Below, in pieces: positions 1 to 8,705 of a stretch of 37,878 nucleotides of DNA (position 1 is its first letter; each line of letters begins with the position of its first letter). Where the stretch lies: assembly GCA_046538485.1 (NCBI GenBank), contig JBKHIT010000050.1:1-37878 (forward strand), read 5' to 3'. The position numbers were made by a program, and so were the translations under genes. The DNA comes from Candidatus Brocadiia bacterium (GTDB lineage: Bacteria > Planctomycetota > Brocadiia > SM23-32). The notes under the pieces were generated by a model. The model saw only the letters and a list, made by a program, of their open reading frames with translations, searched no databases and was not told the origin of the DNA.

Positions 1-79
1 AGACATTTTTCTATCAGGACTTTTCTTTGGTAAAACTACCCCTTAAAATGGCTGCATGGCGGGGCCGGCAAGCGGGCGA

Positions 80-180
80 TCTGCCCTCTGACCTCTGACT
101 TGCAACCTCTCTCCTCTGCCGTTCGCTTGTGCGCCGTCGCTGACATCTGGCCTCTGACCTCTGACTTCTGACATCTGTGC
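80..180. repeat. Degenerate heptamer tandem repeat (TCTGACY), two blocks
   Basis: Units TCTGCCC TCTGACC TCTGACT TGCAACC TCTCTCC TCTGCCG (80-121) and GCTGACA TCTGGCC TCTGACC TCTGACT TCTGACA TCTGTGC (139-180). Confidence 0.85.
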
Positions 181-243
181 TTTGTTGTCCGCCTCAAGTC
201 CAGTTTCGCCCGCCGGTGGCGGGCTCAGCTGAACTCGAGTCTC
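168..243 (+). repeat. Dispersed palindromic repeat (family D), copy 1
   Basis: CTGACATCTGTG...CCGCCTCAAGTCCAGTTTCGCCCGCC-ggt-GGCGGGCTCAGCTGAACTCGAGTCTC recurs almost identically at 30693-30769; internal GCCCGCC/GGCGGGC hairpin. Confidence 0.85.
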
Positions 244-414
244 CGTTTGCCCCCCCAATCCGCTGCAAGGCCCTCAGCAGACCCTTCATCATTGCAACAT
301 GCTGGCGGATAACGATATGTTATTATCCAATGCCAATACGCAGGGAGTAAACAACACCACAGAAAATGCACGTCATAATTTCGATTGAACAGACTGACAA
401 GTGAGGAGCAACTT

Positions 415-1740
415 GTGCCGCAACCCAATGTCCTGTTTATCTTCACCGACCAGCAGAGCGCGAACATGCTAAGTTGCGCCGGCAACCGCTACCTCCAAAC
501 TCCCGCCATGGACAGCATAGCCGACGGTGGAATGCGGTTCGATCGGGCATATTGCACCAATCCCGTCTGCGTTCCGTCCCGGGTGAGCCTGATGACCGGC
601 CACATGCCCGGCGAGTTCGGGATCGTCGCCAACCAGGACGAGCCGGTGCCGGAGGAGGTGGTGAAGAACGGACTGGGAACTCTGCTCCGCCAGGCCGGAT
701 ACCGCACGGCTTACGCCGGGAAAATTCACCTGCCCGAGGACCTGCATCCCACCAACATCGGTTTCGATTATCTCACCGATGACCGCCGGGAGGGGCTTGC
801 CGAGAGATGCGCTCAGTTCATCCGTCAGGACCACGACCGCCCGTGGCTGCTGGTGTCCTCCTTCATCAACCCGCACGACATCTGTTTCATGGCCATCCGC
901 GACTGTCCGTCCGAGCGGCAGAAAAGCTGGCTCGACCCGGCCAACGCCCATATGCAGAGACTGAATAAAGCCCTGAGGATGCCCGAGGGCGTATCGGAGG
1001 AGGAGTTCTACGCCGAACATTGTCCGCCACTGCCGCCGAATTTCGAGATTCAGCCGGAGGAACCGCAGATCATCACCGAATCCGTGCGCAACTCGCCGTT
1101 CCGCAACAACGCGCGGGAGAACTGGCCGCCCCGCCGCTGGCGCCTGCACCGGTGGGCTTACTGCCAGCTTACGCAGATGGTCGATGCCCGCATTGGAGTG
1201 GTGCTGAACGCGCTACGCAAGAGCGGCCAGGCCGACGACACGCTCGTGATCTTCACCAGCGACCACGGCGACCACGACTCCGCCCACCGTCTGGAGCACA
1301 AAGGCACTTTCTACGAGGAGGCCATCCGCATACCTCTGATCATTCGCCCGCCTGGTGGAACCGCCGACAGTCACGCCACCGCCGACCATCTCGTCTCCAA
1401 CGGCCTGGACCTGCTGCCCACGATCTGTGATTACGCCGGCGTGGACCCCCCTGCTGATCTTATGGGCCGGAGCCTGCGCCCGCTGCTGACAGGCGGTTCG
1501 GTTTCGGCGCCGCACGAGCACCTGCCCATTGAATGCGCTCACGGACGCATGGTCATGACCGATCGGTATAAATACATGCTCTACGACGAGGGCGACAACC
1601 GGGAGCAACTCATCGACCATGAAAACGATCCGGGCGACATGCACAACATCGCCGGCGAACCAGCCAGTAAGGAACTTCTGGAGGAACATCGGTCCCGGCT
1701 GGCAAAGGTATTTGACTATTCACATCCTGGAAACGCCTGA
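415..1740 (+). CDS. Formylglycine-dependent (S1) sulfatase, choline-sulfatase/arylsulfatase-like; no signal peptide
   Basis: PNVLFIFTDQQ start, CxPxR motif CTNPVCVPSRVSLMTG, GKIHL, INPHD, TSDHG, YEEAIRIP. Start moved to GTG at 415, downstream of GAGGAG (403-408). Confidence 0.93.
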   Translation: MPQPNVLFIFTDQQSANMLSCAGNRYLQTPAMDSIADGGMRFDRAYCTNPVCVPSRVSLMTGHMPGEFGIVANQDEPVPEEVVKNGLGTLLRQAGYRTAYAGKIHLPEDLHPTNIGFDYLTDDRREGLAERCAQFIRQDHDRPWLLVSSFINPHDICFMAIRDCPSERQKSWLDPANAHMQRLNKALRMPEGVSEEEFYAEHCPPLPPNFEIQPEEPQIITESVRNSPFRNNARENWPPRRWRLHRWAYCQLTQMVDARIGVVLNALRKSGQADDTLVIFTSDHGDHDSAHRLEHKGTFYEEAIRIPLIIRPPGGTADSHATADHLVSNGLDLLPTICDYAGVDPPADLMGRSLRPLLTGGSVSAPHEHLPIECAHGRMVMTDRYKYMLYDEGDNREQLIDHENDPGDMHNIAGEPASKELLEEHRSRLAKVFDYSHPGNA

Positions 1741-1902
1741 AGGGAATTCCGGGGACAGTTGCGCAGTCGCGCCGCTTTTTGCCGCGCAAGTTCCGGGGGA
1801 GAGCGGTCCCACAACACAAAAATGCCCCGAAGGGGACGACACACAGGTAAGCGGTCTCGTGTACGTATCCCAACGTTTTGACAGAGAAAGTTATCGGTCC
1901 CG

Positions 1903-2224
1903 AAAACCTGAAGCCATCTATCCGGTCCTGGCGGCCCCGTCCACAGGCTGGAGAGCCTGTACCACATGCGTTTGTAGCTCATGGTATGGCAGAAGGCTAC
2001 ACAGGTACTCGCGGCATGGCGCATTGCAATGACAGGACTTCCGGGAAAGCGCTTCTCGGGGCCAATGGCCCGGGAGATAACAGCCTGGGGTGAAGAGGGC
2101 CGAAGGTCCTCGGAGCCCTGGGTCAAGGATGCGGAGGAAAATATAGTGGGCTGAAGGCCCACCATAAATCCGTTCCCCGAATACCGTATCAGGAGCGGAC
2201 TGGACTTCAGAACCGCTCCCGCGG
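1903..2224 (+). repeat. ~265-bp structured composite repeat, copy 1, with a 48-bp extra insert
   Basis: Direct repeat of 24030-24302; about 22 differences over ~260 nt by manual count; several hairpins (GGGCCAAYGGCCC, GTGGGCTGAAGGCCCAC, GGAGCGG...CCGCTCC). Confidence 0.93.
1943..1965 (-). repeat. Canonical REP-like hairpin with GTRG guide tetranucleotide (family B), copy 1
   Basis: Minus strand GTGGTACAGGCTCTCCAGCCTGT; ACAGGCT/AGCCTGT stem; further copies at 31113 and 36830 start with GTAG. Confidence 0.8.
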
Positions 2225-2242
2225 GGCTGGAGTTCAGAACGC
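2195..2242 (+). repeat. REP-like family A (CTGGACTTCAG...CTGGAGTTCAG), long-loop variant
   Basis: GCGGACTGGACTTCAG aaccgctcccgcgg GGCTGGAGTTCAGAACGC. Confidence 0.85.
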
Positions 2243-2300
2243 GATCCGGAAGCCTGCTGATTTCGCGGCAGAAACGGCGAAGTATTCACGAACCAGATCA

Positions 2301-2702
2301 CTAAGCAAGACTCTCGCGTATCGCACGCATCTGGTCCGTGGTTACGTTCTCCGGCAGAACCACACCAATTTCAGGGGTGCCCCCGCATTCCCGCGTTTTT
2401 CTCACGTGCTCAGGCACCAGTTCGGGATGGTAGTTGAAATGCGGTTTGAAACGGGTTCCCGGACGGAGAGCTTGCAGCATTGACTGGCGATCTTCGAGAT
2501 ATGACAGATCCTCGTCCCACCGTTCCTCCATTGCAACGACCGTGGTATAGGGAGTGATATGCGGATTGATATCGCCCCCTCCTTTGAATCCAACCGAAGA
2601 CTTGTGTGATGTCGCGATCTCGTGAAACATTCTGTACATTTTCACGGTGCATCGTTCCTCACCCCGGCTTTCATTCATACCACGTACGGCAAACCGCCAC
2701 AA
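2301..2702 (-). pseudogene. Probable C-terminal remnant of a uroporphyrinogen decarboxylase/MtaA-like TIM-barrel protein (otherwise hypothetical)
   Basis: MFHEIATSHKSSVGFKGGGDINPH and GGTPEIGVVLPENVTTDQMRAIRE resemble the F-H-x-C-G and P-x-x-V-P-x-E-N-I-x-A segments of URO-D-family C-termini; far shorter than the usual ~350 aa; no good start. Confidence 0.4.
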
Positions 2703-2820
2703 CGTGTGAGCATGAATGGGGAAATGTAAGACACATTGGGGATGAAGTCCAGTCCGTTCAGTTCAATGCAGACCCCAGGTGAGCTGAGTTCACTCGTTAA
2801 ACAATCGTCCGGCCAACAGA

Positions 2821-4197
2821 CTATCCGCTCGTCACCTCATCCTTATCCAGAAGCGCGCCGCTGTGGCGAAGCCCGTCGCGCAGCTCCGAGACTTCCACGT
2901 CCCGGAACGGAAGACCATTCTCAACAACCTGGCGCGCGGCGAATCCTGCGCCCTCCCCCATCGCCATCACGGGCGCCATAACCCGGAGCGGACCCAGCAC
3001 GTGGCGCTCGACGCTGACCGATCTCCCCGGACAAATTACGTTGTCGATTCCTCTCGGTACCATAATGCGATACGGAATGGGAGTCACCTCCGGTTTTGGT
3101 TGATCGTGCATTGGTTGGTGAGACGGTTTTTTCGGATCGGCCAGGTCCCATCCATAGCTGGAATAACCGATCGTGTCGGGAAAGCTCTTTTCGGCCATCA
3201 GCTCATCGACGCTCAGGCGGTACTCCCCGTCAATACGACGCGTCTCCCGCACGCCAAGCATCGGCGCGATCGATTTCACACGGACATTGGAGAAACCGGG
3301 CATGTGCTCACGCAAAAATCCGATGAGCCATTCAATCTCCGCCCGTCCTCTCTGCATTCCTTCGGTCACCGACTCGCCGTCGGTCCCGTCGATACCGCAC
3401 ACGCGGGTCGTATTGAGCATCATCACGCCCTTCTCGGTCATCTGCACACAGATGAAGATGTCACCATTCTGTGTCCAGGAACCCTCAGCGCGTTTTCCCT
3501 TGATGAATTCACGCATACGGGGTGAGTCATTGGTTCGGACATATTCGGCGTATTTATCCTGGTCCACGTTGTCGACGTGGACTTCCAGAGTGACGGGCGT
3601 CATCGCCCCATCCTCCTCGCGGCCTTTCTCATAGCCGCATCCGCAGAGCGCGGACACGTCCGCGTCGCCGGTGGAATCAACCACGGCCCGAGTCGAGACG
3701 GCCTGGAGTCCGCTTTTGTTATGGATGATGACATGAGACACCCGATCATCCTGCTGCACCACATCGACGACGCGGGTATCGAGCAGAACCCTGACGTCAT
3801 TGTCGTCCATTTTTCGGTCCAGATAGCCGGTCATGGCGTAAGGATCAAACGGCACGCCATGGCTCAGACCGAGCAGCCAGCCATGAGGAGTATACTTCTG
3901 TCCCTCCTCCACGGCGGGAAGCAGCGCAATACCCTCCTCCTTTGCCTCTTTACTCATCTCACGGAAAACACCACCCACAACCCACCGTCCATCCGCTTTT
4001 CGACCGCCCAGCCAGTGCGAGACCAGCCCGCTGGTCCCCGTTCCGCCAAGCTGCCCTCGCCCCTCCACAATCAACACACTGAGGCCCTGCCGGGCCGCGG
4101 ACAGAGCGGCTGCACAACCAGCGGACCCTCCGCCACAAACGACGACGTCGTATTTATAATTCACGGGAATCGAACGAGTCAAATTTACTTCAGACAT
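2821..4197 (-). CDS. FAD-dependent oxidoreductase (FAD_oxidored/PF12831-like)
   Basis: YDVVVCGGGSAGCAAALSAARQG dinucleotide motif, LGGTGTSG, VDSTGDADV, GVRETRRIDGEY, IPYRIMVP, GRSVS. Confidence 0.92.
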   Translation of the reverse strand: MSEVNLTRSIPVNYKYDVVVCGGGSAGCAAALSAARQGLSVLIVEGRGQLGGTGTSGLVSHWLGGRKADGRWVVGGVFREMSKEAKEEGIALLPAVEEGQKYTPHGWLLGLSHGVPFDPYAMTGYLDRKMDDNDVRVLLDTRVVDVVQQDDRVSHVIIHNKSGLQAVSTRAVVDSTGDADVSALCGCGYEKGREEDGAMTPVTLEVHVDNVDQDKYAEYVRTNDSPRMREFIKGKRAEGSWTQNGDIFICVQMTEKGVMMLNTTRVCGIDGTDGESVTEGMQRGRAEIEWLIGFLREHMPGFSNVRVKSIAPMLGVRETRRIDGEYRLSVDELMAEKSFPDTIGYSSYGWDLADPKKPSHQPMHDQPKPEVTPIPYRIMVPRGIDNVICPGRSVSVERHVLGPLRVMAPVMAMGEGAGFAARQVVENGLPFRDVEVSELRDGLRHSGALLDKDEVTSG

Positions 4198-4241
4198 TGT
4201 GTTTTCCTTTACTGGTTTTCGTGATTACTCCTGAATTCCAA

Positions 4242-4629
4242 TTAGTCCGTAGCCTCCATCGGCACAGGGCCGATTGAGGGCTGGTCGCGGCGGCGCCACA
4301 CGTAGTGGCTAATCGTATTTCCGCTGGCGCAGGGCCAGCGGAGAAGTAAAGCCTCCAACAATCGCTAATCGTCTTATCGGCGGCACAGTATTCCGAGCAG
4401 CTAAATCCTCCATCAGTGGCTAATCCGCTTTCCACCGGCGCAGGCAGGCAGACAAGTTTCCCTTCGCAAAATACGACGCCACTCCAAAACAATCCGCCTG
4501 GCAATAACTGCCGGCGTCACATCCTGCCCCCGCCGACCCTGCGTCGGCGGAGCCTTTGATTAGCCCACTACGTGCGCTCCAGTCCAAAATCGCCCTCCGC
4601 CGGCCCGGCGCCGGTGGAGGCGCGGACTA
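4242..4629. repeat. REPIN-like inverted pair of a two-hairpin element (family C)
   Basis: Forward copy 4242-4346 (TAGTCCG..CCTCCATCGGC-ACAGG-GCCGATTGAGG..CACGTAGTGGCTAATC..CCGCTGGC-GCAGG-GCCAGCGG); partial copy near 4416-4445; inverted copy 4530-4629 (GATTAGCCCACTACGTG..CCTCCGCCGGCCCGGCGCCGGTGGAGGCGCGGACTA). Confidence 0.8.
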
Positions 4630-4660
4630 TAGGGGAAATATCGACTTCACTCAAAAACAC

Positions 4661-5803
4661 TCAGTTTACACTCCCAGACAGTATCCACTCCAGCTCAAAT
4701 CGAATCAGTGTCACATATTTGTCGTCGTGGATCCGTTCAACGATCTGATCCTCATACAGGCAGCCGACCCGACCATCGGGAAGCACCGTCAGATCGCTGT
4801 AGCCTGACGGCCCGGGTTCAATGACGCGACTGGCAATCCAGTTTTTACCATCATCTTCGCTCAGGCGGATGGTGAGATTCTTTCGATCCCGGTGTGGCTC
4901 TTCGGCGGGATCGACCCACGGTCGCATGTTGATACCCAGTGTGTCAGGATTGGCAAAAAGGATCCGCCCGGGCCCGTCGTCCTCAGGCCAGTCGTATCGA
5001 AGCAAACTGGCCATGCACACGGGTTCAACCAGTTCATCGTCAAATCCCTGGCAGGTCCATCCCGTGACTCCATTCGGGCTTGTGCCGATCAGGCGCCGGT
5101 TATTCATCGATTCACTCCGGATGTTAAACATCACCCCACCATCATTCAGTTCCACCGCGACGGTTTCGCTGGGATTGACCACTTCCACCCCCTCGACTGT
5201 GTCGCCGTGGCGGCACACGATTTCTCCGCGCTCCCAGGTTTCGCCCCCGTCCTCGCTATAGATCAACGATACGATGGACGGACGGTGTCCACGTTTATCC
5301 TCGCCGAACTCTCCTCCACTGCCATCGGACAACCACACTGGCACGATCATCCGGCCGTTCCGCAGCTGCGTGCCGTGTCCCGGCCCCGTCGCGCAGACCC
5401 GCCACGGGTAGTCATCCCGGAACTGCTCAAACACGTCGGTGATCTCTTGCGGTTCAGTCCATGTGGCTCCATCATCCCGGCTCCGCATGGCAAAAACACG
5501 GGCGTAGTCATGGCAGAACACCGCCACGACGTGTCCGGTGTCCCGGTCGGGGATCATAACAAAATTGCTGACGGGGCCTTCCCCGTAATCGCGGTGATCC
5601 ACCAATTTCCGGGCCGGTTCGAAAGTATCCCCGCCGTCGGTACTGCGACGCATGACCACATCGTTGTAATCGTAGTCGCCGCCCTCGCCCGGCCGCGCCT
5701 CGGCGGTCACGATCACCGCACCGTCGGAGCTCGTCACGATTCCGGGTATGCGGTACGTTTTGTAGCCGTTGGTTCGCGCTTCAAACAGGTGTTGTTTATC
5801 CAT
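4661..5803 (-). CDS. Sialidase/neuraminidase (GH33-like, BNR/Asp-box propeller); no signal peptide
   Basis: YRIP motif; Asp boxes STDGGDTF, SRDDGATW, SEDGGETW, SEDDGKNW; GPGHG, PSE, SGYSDL, CLYE. Confidence 0.92.
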   Translation of the reverse strand: MDKQHLFEARTNGYKTYRIPGIVTSSDGAVIVTAEARPGEGGDYDYNDVVMRRSTDGGDTFEPARKLVDHRDYGEGPVSNFVMIPDRDTGHVVAVFCHDYARVFAMRSRDDGATWTEPQEITDVFEQFRDDYPWRVCATGPGHGTQLRNGRMIVPVWLSDGSGGEFGEDKRGHRPSIVSLIYSEDGGETWERGEIVCRHGDTVEGVEVVNPSETVAVELNDGGVMFNIRSESMNNRRLIGTSPNGVTGWTCQGFDDELVEPVCMASLLRYDWPEDDGPGRILFANPDTLGINMRPWVDPAEEPHRDRKNLTIRLSEDDGKNWIASRVIEPGPSGYSDLTVLPDGRVGCLYEDQIVERIHDDKYVTLIRFELEWILSGSVN

Positions 5804-5840
5804 GGTCTTCGCAATCCTTTCGTTTTTCTTTCTGTTGTTG

Positions 5841-5945
5841 TTAGTCCGTTGCCTCCATCGGCGCAGGGCCGATGGAGGGCTGGTTCGTGCGCCGCCGCAC
5901 GTAGTGGCTAATCGTGTTTCCTCCGGCGCCGGGCCGGAGGAGAAG
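5841..5945 (+). repeat. Two-hairpin element (family C), single copy
   Basis: Colinear with 4242-4346; second stem changed to CCTCCGGC-GCCGG-GCCGGAGG, keeping pairing. Confidence 0.85.
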
Positions 5946-6111
5946 CATCCGTCAGCTGCGGCGCATGTCCATCCATGCTAAGCGGTCACGCAAAAGTGTC
6001 CCAAGATTTTGGCATATAATCATAGCAATACAACCTACGCCTAATCCTTTTCGCAATCGTAGAGTGCACCTTCGCTACTACCGGCATACGTCCAGGTCTA
6101 ACATTGGTCTG

Positions 6112-6715
6112 CTAACCATTCGTATCCCGTGACCCGTTGAACCGGGGCTTCGCTTGATCAGTTTTGGCTTTTTGGTCAATCGCTTCGGGATCCACCCAAT
6201 CGTGAAGAACATCATTGAGCCTTCGTCTGATAGAGGAGTACTCGGCCTCGCCACTCACATCTTTCAGTTCCTCCGGATCACTGGCCAGATCATACAATTC
6301 CGGATCGTGATTGACGTAATAGTTATATTTGTACCGGCCCTCTTTCCCCATGTAGCCAGCATTGGCCATACCGATGGTGTGATACTCGCTGAAAACCGGC
6401 TCCGAGGGTTCATCCTCCCCCCTTATGGCAGCGCTCAGATCTCGGCCCGGCAGGCTGTCCTCGACCCTCAGGCCGGTGATCCCAAAAAGCGTCGGCAGAA
6501 CATCGACCAGACTGACGTCACCGGCAACCCGATGTCCGGCAGGTCCCTCCGGAGTGCGAACGATGAATGGAATTCGCACGGAGTGCTCGTAGAAACACTG
6601 TTTCTGCCACTGGCAGGTCATCGGAATAATACATCTCGAAGTACCGTTCCGGGCAGATGAGAGGAAAGTGCGGATTTATAAACTCACAATAGAGCAGCCA
6701 CGGCGTATTATCGCT
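6112..6715 (-). pseudogene. Sulfatase (choline-sulfatase-like) pseudogene: N-terminus lost, internal deletion with frameshift
   Basis: ORF 6112-6621 is a sulfatase C-terminus (WQKQCFYEHSVRIP, SLVDVLPTL, FSEYH, ELYDLASDPEE). A different minus frame at ~6715-6610 reads DNTPWLLYCEFINPHFPLICPERYFEMYYSDDLP. No CxPxR or SDHG motif recognisable. Confidence 0.8.
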
Positions 6716-7076
6716 CTTCCTGGCTTTATGCTGCCGCCTGCGGACACCGCGGGATGAGCGCGAGAGTATGAGTGCGGCCCGGAGGATGCGAATAGAAATT
6801 TCCTGCTGGCCCGCCCCGAAGGCAAAAGCTCAGCAGCCGGCCCCAGCTGGCCGGTTGGGCGGTGACCGCGAATAGATGACTGCGCCCCCAGAGGCCTTTT
6901 GCCAGAGATCGGCATCGAAACGACAGAACAGAAACGGCAGTAACGAAGGTGAGATAATCTGTCCGGCACTTGACGCGCCCCTGCATAGATGAATCCCACT
7001 ATCTTTTTCTGCAATGTGCCTCCCATCGTCTCTCCCTCCCACTTGAAAGCCTGCGATATAGATCTGTTGCGCTATT

Positions 7077-8156
7077 TCACTCTTTCAGATAACCGGGCAC
7101 AAAGACCGGTTGTTCCCACCGCTGGACGGGCACATCCGCCGGAATGTCATCGTCCAACAGGTAATCTATTGTGTCCTCCAGCAACCGGGCCATATCATAC
7201 TGAACGCGCGGAACCGACTCGTATCCGGCCTTTGGCGGCAGAAAACACGACGCCACGCACAGCCGTTCCCGCACCTGCGCATCACATTCCTGTCGTGCCT
7301 CCTCAATGGCAGCCGCATGGTCGGATTTACACGCCAGCACAGCTGTATTGGGATTCAGCGAGGAAAGCCAATCGACAAGATCCTTTCCTTGAAGGGTCGG
7401 AGGCTTCTTCCACATCTCAACGCCCTCCCGGACAGCCCGCACCGTAGCATCGGTCTCCAACCCGGCATGACTCCCCCCTTCGAACATCCAGTCCTTGTAG
7501 ACGGCCAGGTCATGGGAAGCGACGAAAACGAAGTTTTGAAACCCCTTCCGTTCCAGTTCCCTGACCACCAGGTAACCTCCCCGTCGGTGGTTGGGCAGGA
7601 AGACCGTCTCCTGGCTCACATCATAGGCGGGTGGGGCCAGCAAAGCGACCTTCATACCATTCGACCTTAGTTCGAGGTAGTAGTCGACGTTTGTGGGAGG
7701 AACCGATGTGGCGAACACCCCCACTCCCTGGAAACCTTTCCGCCGGATGTTTTCCAGGAATTTTCTCTCCATTTCCGGACACTGGTTGTCCTCAGACGCG
7801 TTGTGAAGCGTCAGCGTCGCCCCTCGCTCCGTCACCGTCTCCTGAAGCTGATGCAGGATTTCGGGATGTTTTCCCAGGGGGTATCCCAGAGCAATAAACC
7901 GGCAACTGTCGGCGGTTTGATTCGGGGCTTCTGGCGCCACAAACGTCCCTCTGCCCCACTTGCTTGTCAGGATACCTTCTCCCACCAGGTCTCGTATCGC
8001 GTTACGAGCCGTCCCGTAGGCGATATCGTACCTGTCCGCCAGCGTGGAAATCCCCGCAATCGGCTCACCCGGATGCAATCTGCCATCCTCGATCCGTTCA
8101 CGAATATCATCTTTCAACTCATCGGCCGCGAACCGCCGCGTCATAGCATCCGCCAT
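7077..8156 (-). CDS. GntR-family winged-HTH regulator with LacI/periplasmic-binding-protein-type effector domain (AraR-like)
   Basis: IRERIEDGRLHPGEPI..LADRYDIAYGTARNAIRDLVEGILTSKWGRGTFV-type GntR HTH followed by a PBP-like domain; ATG at 8156 after GGAGG. Confidence 0.9.
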   Translation of the reverse strand: MADAMTRRFAADELKDDIRERIEDGRLHPGEPIAGISTLADRYDIAYGTARNAIRDLVGEGILTSKWGRGTFVAPEAPNQTADSCRFIALGYPLGKHPEILHQLQETVTERGATLTLHNASEDNQCPEMERKFLENIRRKGFQGVGVFATSVPPTNVDYYLELRSNGMKVALLAPPAYDVSQETVFLPNHRRGGYLVVRELERKGFQNFVFVASHDLAVYKDWMFEGGSHAGLETDATVRAVREGVEMWKKPPTLQGKDLVDWLSSLNPNTAVLACKSDHAAAIEEARQECDAQVRERLCVASCFLPPKAGYESVPRVQYDMARLLEDTIDYLLDDDIPADVPVQRWEQPVFVPGYLKE

Positions 8157-8177
8157 GACCAAACCTCCACAGTTTCA

Positions 8178-8225
8178 ATCTCTTATTGATCTCTTAATGA
8201 TATAAAGATTCGTTGACCCTGTCAA
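8178..8225 (-). promoter_or_regulatory. sigma70 promoter of the GntR gene with a candidate direct-repeat operator
   Basis: Minus strand TTGACA (8225-8220), 17 nt, TATCAT (8202-8197); ATCTCTTA repeated at 8178 and 8189 (11-bp period); TTGAC-CCT-GTCAA palindrome at 8213-8225. Confidence 0.7.
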
Positions 8226-8705
8226 GTTCGAAAATCAACCCTTCCGTGCAGTGCAATCTGTCGGTCTTTGAAGCCTTGCAGGGTTTTCAGCCGGTTCGTT
8301 TTAATGGGGCCTCGCAGTCCAAAGAATTCACGCTGATAAGGCGCTCTGCCCGTTAAAAATCTCCGATCAAAGGCGTCACTGATCCCGTTGGCATGCATAT
8401 CGGCTCATTGCCTGTTCATAACATGATTCGAGACGCTTTCTGCTTTCTGTCGGCAATTTTTACACTCTAACATCCGTTTGACTCTATCGTATTCAATTGG
8501 TATGTTTCTAACTCGGGGTTTACAGATAATTTGAACCGACTATTGTTAAATTGCACGCGGCTTGTTTACTGGATACCGTTGAAAGCGCTTCTACAGCAAA
8601 AAATCCGGGATAGCCTTGTCAGAGCAATTGAGAAGGTAGCCAACAAGGCGTCTGCCAGCAATTCTTCCCACGGATGTAACGAAGTGTTAATTTCCGGGGT
8701 CCAAT

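Noticed and set aside
43..258. 71-aa ORF with repeated VRGQR motifs, and similar short ORFs at 30445-31137 and 34102-34679
   Set aside because: They are translations of heptamer and REP repeats, not credible genes.
1716..2301. Similar ORFs at 1716-2165/1918-2301 and 23822-24544 as a duplicated gene or transposase
   Set aside because: The similarity comes from the non-coding 265-bp repeat; frames differ between copies (1-bp indel, 48-bp insert) and there is no HUH or DDE motif.
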